Source: Caedibacter taeniospiralis (GTDB lineage Bacteria; Pseudomonadota; Gammaproteobacteria; Francisellales; Francisellaceae). From it: a DNA stretch of 32,000 bases. A program made the translations under genes and the position numbers. Shown piece by piece: positions 25,425 to 32,000 of this stretch (positions are counted from its first letter, which is position 1; every line of letters begins with the position of its first letter). Below the pieces are notes generated by a model. It was not told the origin of the DNA and ran no database searches. It worked only from the letters and a program-made list of their open reading frames with translations. The stretch spans positions 1 to 32,000 of the forward strand of contig NZ_PGGB02000012.1 in assembly GCF_002803295.2 (NCBI RefSeq). Direction: 5' to 3'.

Positions 25425-27797
25425 ATGTTATACCACACAATTAACTTCAAAAGACGCTTATGTGCCTGGCTTATCCTCGTGATCTTAAGTTTGTCTGGTT
25501 TTGCTTTTTTATTGATACAAGGCTTACCGATAAACACCAATATGCTTGCTCTTTTGCCTGGTGCTAAGGAATCAGATAGCATTCAAAAAACTGCCGATGG
25601 TTTTGCCAATCAGATGGGAAAACAGATGGTGATCTTGGTTGGGAATTCAGATCAGCAAAAAGCATTACAAGCCTCGGATATATTCACTTTCAAACTTAAG
25701 CAATCGAATGACTTTAGCGTGGTTACTAATGAGGTAAGCACAAATGAACAAGAGGCCTGGGGGCAATTTTATTTTCCCTATCGCCTATCCTTACTCTCAA
25801 GCTCTGATACACGTTTAATGGGAGGTCATGAATTTGATAAAATTGAGCAAGAAGCGCTATCTAATCTCTATAACCCAATGGGAATCACCAATTCGAGACT
25901 TCTTGAAACCGACCCGTTTTCGCTATTTCAGCGTTTTATTCTTGAGCTACCTAAACCCTCTAACACGCTTGAGTTATATCAGAATCATCTTATGACGGAA
26001 AGCGATGGCATCTGGTATAGCATGATCAATGCGACCTTGAAGGAGGGTAGCTTTTCACTCTCTAATCAAAGTAAAATCACTGATTTATTGGCAAGCACGC
26101 AAACTGAGATTCAAGAGATATACCCAGAAACCCATTACTTGATGACTGGCATGATCTTCTACGCCAAAGCAGGCACTGATAGCGCGCATCATGATGTTTC
26201 GATTATCGGTGCTGGTTCATTGATTGGCATTATCCTATTGGTACTTATGTGCTTTCGCTCTATCTTACCTCTGTTATTGACTCTTTTTTCCAGTGCGATG
26301 GGATTTGTGTTTGCCTTCGTAGTAACCTATCTCATCTTTGGTGAGGTGTTTTTATTTACCCTCGTTTTTGGCGCAAGCCTTATTGGCATTTCGGTGGATT
26401 ATGCTTTCTTTTACTATGCCGATCGACTTTATGGTGGCAAAAACTGGGATTCACAATCAGGATTAAAGCGGATATTCTCAGGTATCACCCTTGGGTTATT
26501 CAATGTGATCATTGCCTATGTAATCATTGCGGTTGCGCCTTTTCCAGGCTTAAGGCAACTGGCAAGTTTCGCTATTAGCGGTTTGTTTATGTCCTATTTA
26601 ACCGTTGTGAGTCTCTTTCCTTACGTGCTTCGCGCAAAAAACACCACGCATGATTCGATAATTAATCGCATGTCTAGCGCTTATCTTAGACTTTGGCAAG
26701 GTTTATCAGCTGCCAAAATCATCCTCATTTACCTTATCCTTAGTATCATCGTAATAGCCGGTGTTAGACGTTTACATGTCAATGATGACATTCGTATTTT
26801 AGAGTCCACGCCACATGCCCTAAAAAGCAACGAGCAGCAGCTAAAATCAATTATCGATAGCGATGTCAGCACCAATTTCGTGATTATTACTGGAGACTCT
26901 GGCGATGAGGTGATAGCGCATGAGCATGAGTTTGTACGCTTGATTAAACAGGATAACCCTGAGATTGCACACCCAGTCATTGCCATTAGCCAATATTTAC
27001 CTGATATTAACACTCAAAAGCAAAATTATGACTTGGTGCGCAATAATTTACTCAATGCTCGTTTGTTAAAATTTTTTGCTGACATTGGCGTTGACCCCAA
27101 AGAAGTAGAGCGCATACAGCGGGCACTAAGCTCGATTTCATTTAAACCGCTCACCGTTGATGCGTGGTTAAACTCGCCTATATCAGAAAATTTAAAATTC
27201 CTGTGGATGGGGGAGCTCTATCGTGGAGAGGGAAGGGCTCCACAATTTGCCTCTGTTGTTTTATTGTCGCAAAAACTTAATATGACCAGTATCAAGGCGT
27301 TAGCTGCGAAGCTCGCTTATGCAGGTTTTATCAATAAAGCCGATGATATTTCGAGTGTTTTTAAAACATATCGCCAGTATATTGGTTGGCTACTTATCCT
27401 TGTTTTTGCTGTCTTGTTTTTATTATTGCTACTGCGTTACCGCAATATTAAAAAAACCTTCTGTTACTTTATTCCCCCAACCATGGCAACCCTTTTAAGT
27501 CTTGCTGTATTCGGTCTCTTTAATGTACCCATCACCTTGTTTAGTATTCTGGCACTCATCTTAGTGTTAGGAATTGCCGTTGACTATGTGCTATTTTTTG
27601 CCGAGACCAGATCGACAACTCACAGCACGATGCTCGCGGTCGCGCTCTCAGCAATCACTACCATCTTATCATTTGGTCTGTTGGCATTTAGCCAAACTCC
27701 CGTCATTCACTACTTTGGTCTGGCTGTTTTCGTTGGAATCACCAGCGCATTTTTGCTATCGCCATTAAGCTCTAACGTAACTTACCGCCCTATTTAA
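25425..27797 (+). CDS. MMPL/RND-superfamily integral membrane transporter (predicted-exporter type)
   Basis: 790 aa. Two hydrophobic multi-TM blocks (about aa 255-400 and 640-790) each follow a large soluble domain. The duplicated motifs GISVDYAFFYY and GIAVDYVLFF are typical of RND/MMPL halves. The RBS is weak. Confidence 0.65.
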   Translation: MLYHTINFKRRLCAWLILVILSLSGFAFLLIQGLPINTNMLALLPGAKESDSIQKTADGFANQMGKQMVILVGNSDQQKALQASDIFTFKLKQSNDFSVVTNEVSTNEQEAWGQFYFPYRLSLLSSSDTRLMGGHEFDKIEQEALSNLYNPMGITNSRLLETDPFSLFQRFILELPKPSNTLELYQNHLMTESDGIWYSMINATLKEGSFSLSNQSKITDLLASTQTEIQEIYPETHYLMTGMIFYAKAGTDSAHHDVSIIGAGSLIGIILLVLMCFRSILPLLLTLFSSAMGFVFAFVVTYLIFGEVFLFTLVFGASLIGISVDYAFFYYADRLYGGKNWDSQSGLKRIFSGITLGLFNVIIAYVIIAVAPFPGLRQLASFAISGLFMSYLTVVSLFPYVLRAKNTTHDSIINRMSSAYLRLWQGLSAAKIILIYLILSIIVIAGVRRLHVNDDIRILESTPHALKSNEQQLKSIIDSDVSTNFVIITGDSGDEVIAHEHEFVRLIKQDNPEIAHPVIAISQYLPDINTQKQNYDLVRNNLLNARLLKFFADIGVDPKEVERIQRALSSISFKPLTVDAWLNSPISENLKFLWMGELYRGEGRAPQFASVVLLSQKLNMTSIKALAAKLAYAGFINKADDISSVFKTYRQYIGWLLILVFAVLFLLLLLRYRNIKKTFCYFIPPTMATLLSLAVFGLFNVPITLFSILALILVLGIAVDYVLFFAETRSTTHSTMLAVALSAITTILSFGLLAFSQTPVIHYFGLAVFVGITSAFLLSPLSSNVTYRPI

Positions 27798-29816
27798 CCA
27801 GCGTTTAATAATGAGATCAATGCTTTCAGGGTGGGAGGCAATAAGCCTATCGGCAATGCGGGTGACATCATCGAAAAGTGCCTGATGTTGACTTAAATCA
27901 GCGACTTTGAATTGAATATCCCCTGTTTGATTTTTACCAAAAATGTCCCCATGACCGCGAAGTTTAAGGTCTTCCTCGGCGATCACAAAACCATCTTGTG
28001 TCTGGCGCATAAGTTCAAGCCGTTTTCTGGCCGTATAAGACAAGGGGGACTGGTAGAGAAGGATGCAATTACTTTCCTTTTCTCCGCGACCCACACGTCC
28101 TCTTAACTGATGCAATTGTGATAAACCCAAACGCTCGGCATTATCGATGATCATAAGATTGGCATGAGGCACATCGACACCAACTTCAATCACCGTTGTC
28201 GCGACTAAGAGGTCAATTTGATGTGCTTTGAATTGAAGCATAATGTCGGTTTTTTGCTGAGATTTCAGTTTGCCATGAATAAGACCAATGCGCGCATGAG
28301 GAAGCGTGAGCTTAAGCATTTCAAATAAAGACTCCGCATCCTGCAAGCTCACCAACACTTCTGAAGTTTCGATTAAAGGGCATACCCAATAGGCTTGACC
28401 ATTGTTTTGGATATGCTGCCTAAGCCTGGTGATGAGAGCTTCTTTTTTGCTTTGATTTAACACACTGGTGGTAATGGGCTTGCGATTAGGGGGTAGCTCA
28501 TCAATGATAGATAGATCTAAATCACCATAAACCGTCATCGCCAGTGTGCGTGGTATTGGTGTGGCAGTCATCACAATTTGGTGCGGCTGCCAGGCATTCA
28601 CGCGGGCTTTCTCAAGTAAAGCCAGGCGCTGCTCAACGCCAAAACGGTGCTGTTCATCAATAATTACAAGTCCAAGCTTTGGATATTCAATGCTTTGCTG
28701 AAAAACAGCATGCGTGCCTATGATCACGCAATTATAATGGGCATTAATGATCCCAACTGCCTTGTTACGCTCACTGGCTGTGAGTTTTTGTGCCACAAAA
28801 ACAACGGGGATATTAAAATCGTTGAGCCATTTCGATAGGTTGTGATGGTGTTGCTCTGCCAGAATTTCTGTTGGTGCCATCATCACGGACTGAAGATTAT
28901 TTGCTGATGCCTGAATTAAGGCGGCTGCTGCGATAACGGTTTTGCCTGAGCCTACATCACCTTGTACCAAACGTAAGGTCGGTTTGGCTAAGCTTAAGTC
29001 AGTGAATATCTCGTGAATGACGCGCAGTTGTGCCTGAGTTGGGGTGAAGCCCAGTTGTTCAATCAGTTGATTTAACCGTGTATTTTGGATATGAATGGGC
29101 GCAAAAGGTGTAGACTGATTGGTGATACGTGCTTTTTTGGCATTGAGATTATGCGCCAGCATCTCTTCTAATGCCAGGCGATATCTTGCTTTACTTGCCA
29201 ACTGCATGGCTTGACCAAAATGGGTATTTTCAGGGAAGTGAATATGATGTAAAGCAGTGTTGATTTCAGGTAACTGATAATGATGTAAAATGCTTTGCGG
29301 CAAAGCCTCTTGGAAGATATTGTGTGTTTTTAGCTGTTGGATTAATCGGTAGATTACGCTAGAGCTAAGACCTTCAATGCTTGGGTAAACAGGAGTGATC
29401 TCCCCTGATGGGTTTTGATCTTGATGCGTGATAATTTGCCATTCAGGATGAATGATTTCAATGCCATGATGATTATGAATGATCTCGCCAAAACAGCGAA
29501 GTATGCGTCCTTTCTGTAACAAATTCACTTGGTTGGGATAGAACTTAAACAGGTGCATTATGCAGGTGCCACTATCGTCGGAAAAATAACAGCTAAGATG
29601 TTTTTTGCCATAATCTGAGACATTTACCTGGCGAATAACGCCTTCAATCTGCTGCTTTTGTCCTGGAGTCGTTCTTGCGATCGCTGTGATAGCGCGCCTA
29701 TCCTGATAATCTTTAGGTAAGTGTAATAACAAATCACACGAGGTATAAATCTCAGCTTTATGCAGTTTGCCAAGCGTTGATTTACCCATGCCTTTTAGTG
29801 ATTCAAGCGCAATCAT
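27765..29816 (-). CDS. recG: ATP-dependent DNA helicase RecG
   Basis: It has an N-terminal wedge domain, Walker A GDVGSGKT, DEQHRFG, TATPIPRT and QLHQLRGRVGRG. The ATG at 29816 is preferred over the TTG at 29819. Confidence 0.95.
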   Translation of the reverse strand: MIALESLKGMGKSTLGKLHKAEIYTSCDLLLHLPKDYQDRRAITAIARTTPGQKQQIEGVIRQVNVSDYGKKHLSCYFSDDSGTCIMHLFKFYPNQVNLLQKGRILRCFGEIIHNHHGIEIIHPEWQIITHQDQNPSGEITPVYPSIEGLSSSVIYRLIQQLKTHNIFQEALPQSILHHYQLPEINTALHHIHFPENTHFGQAMQLASKARYRLALEEMLAHNLNAKKARITNQSTPFAPIHIQNTRLNQLIEQLGFTPTQAQLRVIHEIFTDLSLAKPTLRLVQGDVGSGKTVIAAAALIQASANNLQSVMMAPTEILAEQHHHNLSKWLNDFNIPVVFVAQKLTASERNKAVGIINAHYNCVIIGTHAVFQQSIEYPKLGLVIIDEQHRFGVEQRLALLEKARVNAWQPHQIVMTATPIPRTLAMTVYGDLDLSIIDELPPNRKPITTSVLNQSKKEALITRLRQHIQNNGQAYWVCPLIETSEVLVSLQDAESLFEMLKLTLPHARIGLIHGKLKSQQKTDIMLQFKAHQIDLLVATTVIEVGVDVPHANLMIIDNAERLGLSQLHQLRGRVGRGEKESNCILLYQSPLSYTARKRLELMRQTQDGFVIAEEDLKLRGHGDIFGKNQTGDIQFKVADLSQHQALFDDVTRIADRLIASHPESIDLIIKRWLNRAVSYVRA

Positions 29817-29820
29817 CAAG

Positions 29821-31119
29821 CTACCTAAAAAATGAACCTAGTTTATTGCTCAAGGCTTCAGTTAGTGCTTTTTCAATAATTGGTTGTAAATTTCTCTGTA
29901 ATTTTTCCTGATCAACCCCTGCGGTAAATTGCTTATTTTGATAGCTAATCATGTAAGGAATGGACAGAATTTGTTTACCTGGAATATTGATGCTAAGAGG
30001 GTAATGCCACTCTTTAGGTGCAAAGTTGAACATGCCATTTCCCGTAATGCTAAATTCAGCTGCCTGCCAGTTTATGGACTGAGTCAGTAAATGCTCCGTG
30101 CTGATTTCACTCTCAATGGCAAGTGTTTTAAAAGTAGTCGTTTTACTGGGGTCAGCGATGAATTTTGCCTGATTAAACAAGGGTAACAATCGTGTTTTAA
30201 GCGTTTGAAATGCGCTACCAATTCCATCGCCCTTATCAACAGCGGCAAGTAAACTCTGTGTCGAATATGCAATGCTATTTAAATCAATCCCAACGAGTTT
30301 TCCTTTTTTAGCGTGAATACTCAATTTGACTTGTGGTGCTTGTTGTGGGTTGTTCTGGATGAGAAAATCAACTGCAAATTGCTGGAGTTGCAACGAAAAG
30401 CCATTTAAATCAAGAAGTTTATCAACGGAGATTTCAGGTGCAAAAAAACGACCTTTGGCTGACAGCGTGGGCCTTAGCGTAACTTGACTGAGTTTTCCTA
30501 TTAAAACCTGATCGTTAATGGTTAAACGAATGTTGTTGATACTGTTTATGGGGGAAGCATCACTGAGATATAAGTTTGGAATGCTTAAATCAACAGGCTG
30601 ATCATTTAGATGGGTCTGTAAGCGCAGATCTTTGATTTCTATGGCATCGGTATGTGGAATAAGGGTGAGTTCGATCAATAGCTGTTGAAGGTTATTCGTA
30701 AGCTCAGTGGTTACTTTGTACTGTTGTGTGCTTTCAATTACATTAAGCTTTGGTACATTAAAGATATGCCCAGACTGGATTTCAATTCTACCGCTACTCA
30801 AAGTAAGAGATTCAAACGGGTTCCTCGGATGAGTTAAAAAATTAACTGGATTGATTGTAATCGTAGCATTTCGCCAGTAGCTTTTAAATGTGCCATTTTG
30901 TGCGTTAATAGCGACCTCTTGAGATCTTAACTGCATTGACCACAGAGAAAAATCCAGCTTGCCTTGGAAGGTAATGTTAAGATTGCCGTCATTATTTATT
31001 TTTTGCGTTATCCAGGCTTTGTGATCATTGGGATTAAATAAAAAAGCAAGCCAGATAAACAGTAGAATTATAAGAAGCACAAACAGGCTGATCATGCTGA
31101 GTAAAATTTTCTTTATCAC
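29821..31119 (-). CDS. AsmA-family protein (short form) with an N-terminal membrane anchor
   Basis: 432 aa. The N-terminus IKKILLSMISLFVLLIILLFIWLAFLFNPNDHKAWITQKI resembles the AsmA start (anchor followed by DPN.YK). A beta-rich repetitive body follows. Its stop is 4 nt from the recG start. Confidence 0.5.
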   Translation of the reverse strand: MIKKILLSMISLFVLLIILLFIWLAFLFNPNDHKAWITQKINNDGNLNITFQGKLDFSLWSMQLRSQEVAINAQNGTFKSYWRNATITINPVNFLTHPRNPFESLTLSSGRIEIQSGHIFNVPKLNVIESTQQYKVTTELTNNLQQLLIELTLIPHTDAIEIKDLRLQTHLNDQPVDLSIPNLYLSDASPINSINNIRLTINDQVLIGKLSQVTLRPTLSAKGRFFAPEISVDKLLDLNGFSLQLQQFAVDFLIQNNPQQAPQVKLSIHAKKGKLVGIDLNSIAYSTQSLLAAVDKGDGIGSAFQTLKTRLLPLFNQAKFIADPSKTTTFKTLAIESEISTEHLLTQSINWQAAEFSITGNGMFNFAPKEWHYPLSINIPGKQILSIPYMISYQNKQFTAGVDQEKLQRNLQPIIEKALTEALSNKLGSFFR

Positions 31120-31249
31120 ACTGAATTCCTCCAGTTAGTTATATCTCAAATTAAACGTAAAAATACCACGAATATATTTGGCTTCATGCCTAATGTTTTC
31201 TATTATGTGGGGTCATTGTAACGAATATTCGAATTGCGCCAAGCGGATT

Positions 31250-31561
31250 ATGACAAAAAGTTCTCTTAAATTATCAAGCCTCTTTTCCTTAAGTCTTCTA
31301 TTAACAGGATGTGGTCAAATGGGTCCATTATACTTACCGCAAGAAAATGCAAAGTCAAGCACATCAGTCCCCAAAAAAACAGAGTCCACAACAGTAATGA
31401 CCAGCACGCAAGGGCACGAACATCAGATGCTCAATGTATCGGAAACTACGGGTGAACCCGAGGTTAATAATGCCACAGGAAGCGGCGGCAAAGATGTTGA
31501 TGCGGATCAGGATCAAGCGATCAACAAAACTAAAAGCACTGAAAATACTAACACCGACTAA
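31250..31561 (+). CDS. Small lipoprotein (YifL/LPAM_2-like lipobox followed by GPLYLP), with a disordered polar tail
   Basis: An internal ATG at 31250 gives MTKSSLKLSSLFSLSLLLTGC|GQMGPLYLP. That is a lipobox LTGC followed by the GPLYLP motif typical of YifL-type lipoproteins. The rest is S/T/E/N-rich. Confidence 0.65.
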   Translation: MTKSSLKLSSLFSLSLLLTGCGQMGPLYLPQENAKSSTSVPKKTESTTVMTSTQGHEHQMLNVSETTGEPEVNNATGSGGKDVDADQDQAINKTKSTENTNTD

Positions 31562-31576
31562 GACAGGAGTTTCTAA

Positions 31577-32000
31577 TGAGAAAAAGGCTAACTGGTGTAG
31601 CCGTATTAATGGGGGCAATAAGTGCAACAGTTGCCCATGCAATGAGTCCAAATGATGCCAGGATTATGGCGGAAAAATATAAAGCACTAGCAAAAAGTTA
31701 TGAGGAGCTTGCGCAACATTATGAAGCGCTAACTTATACTCAAGTAGAGACGGGTAGCGCGGAGGTTCAATCAAATAGTGAAACTCAAACTGGTGCCAAA
31801 GAGCAAAGTCAGGATGTAAGGCAAGAAGCATCCTCAGGTACCCCTCAACCAGTGAGTTCTTGGAATGGGAGCATGCAGTCGCAGTTTGCGCACGTGCCAG
31901 AAGCAGTGGAAAAAGCAAGAAACGCAGGAAGTGACGCGCCTAACTCGGCAAGTGTAACGGTCAGCTCATTGCTAAATAGTTTAAATCTGCCTGAGGGTAT
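31577..32000 (+). CDS. Secreted protein of unknown function, 3'-truncated by the window end
   Basis: It is not in the ORF track because it has no stop. The ATG at 31577 has an AGGAG RBS at 31567-31571. The signal peptide is MRKRLTGVAVLMGAISATVAHA|M. The frame stays open to 32000. A helical AEKYKALAKSYEELAQHYEAL segment is followed by an S/Q/E-rich region. Confidence 0.6.

Noticed and set aside
1-32000. Scan for CRISPR arrays, IS elements or transposases, integrases, prophage genes, toxin-antitoxin pairs, and rRNA or tRNA genes
   Set aside because: None was recognised by eye. Apart from the 21-bp duplication and the hairpins listed, I saw no spaced direct-repeat arrays or terminal inverted repeats flanking a transposase-like ORF. 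A computational repeat and covariance-model scan (tRNAscan, Infernal/Rfam) would be needed to be definitive.

Overview
This is a visibly AT-rich chromosomal segment. Its gene content and protein sequences look like a Legionellales-type gammaproteobacterium; that rests on remembered homologues, not a search. I support about 31 protein-coding features, one of them a gene remnant. I saw no rRNA or tRNA genes, CRISPR array, IS element or integrase.

Gene order:
- Two tandem secreted modular enzymes: a GH18 chitinase and a paralogue with a different C-terminal domain.
- metK plus a small membrane protein.
- Divergent grxD and sodB.
- deaD.
- A small tail-anchored coiled-coil protein.
- phhA, phhB and an FNR-family reductase.
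- rpmE.
- An SF1-helicase C-terminal remnant.
- A 4HBT thioesterase.
- dacB.
- folB and a fused folK-folP.
- phaR, divergent from an orphan FtsZ paralogue.
- A long minus-strand run: lptF, lptG, rsmD, an rnfB-like ferredoxin, nth and a DUF1841 gene.
- galE.
- An MMPL/RND-type exporter.
- An asmA-like gene followed by recG.
- A YifL-like lipoprotein.
- A 3'-truncated secreted protein.

Most of the window is ordinary housekeeping DNA, and I see no convincing defence or mobile island. The least ordinary parts are:
1. The chitinase-like pair. Both proteins share a signal peptide, N-terminal module and beta-sandwich scaffold, but the second carries a ~550-aa head I cannot assign to a family.
2. A near-canonical FtsZ paralogue outside any division cluster. 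It lacks the C-terminal FtsA/ZipA-binding peptide and sits divergent to phaR.
3. A pterin-themed neighbourhood: phhAB, an FNR-like reductase and folB-folKP.
4. A decayed helicase remnant next to rpmE.

All functional calls come from motifs read in the translations. No database search was possible.
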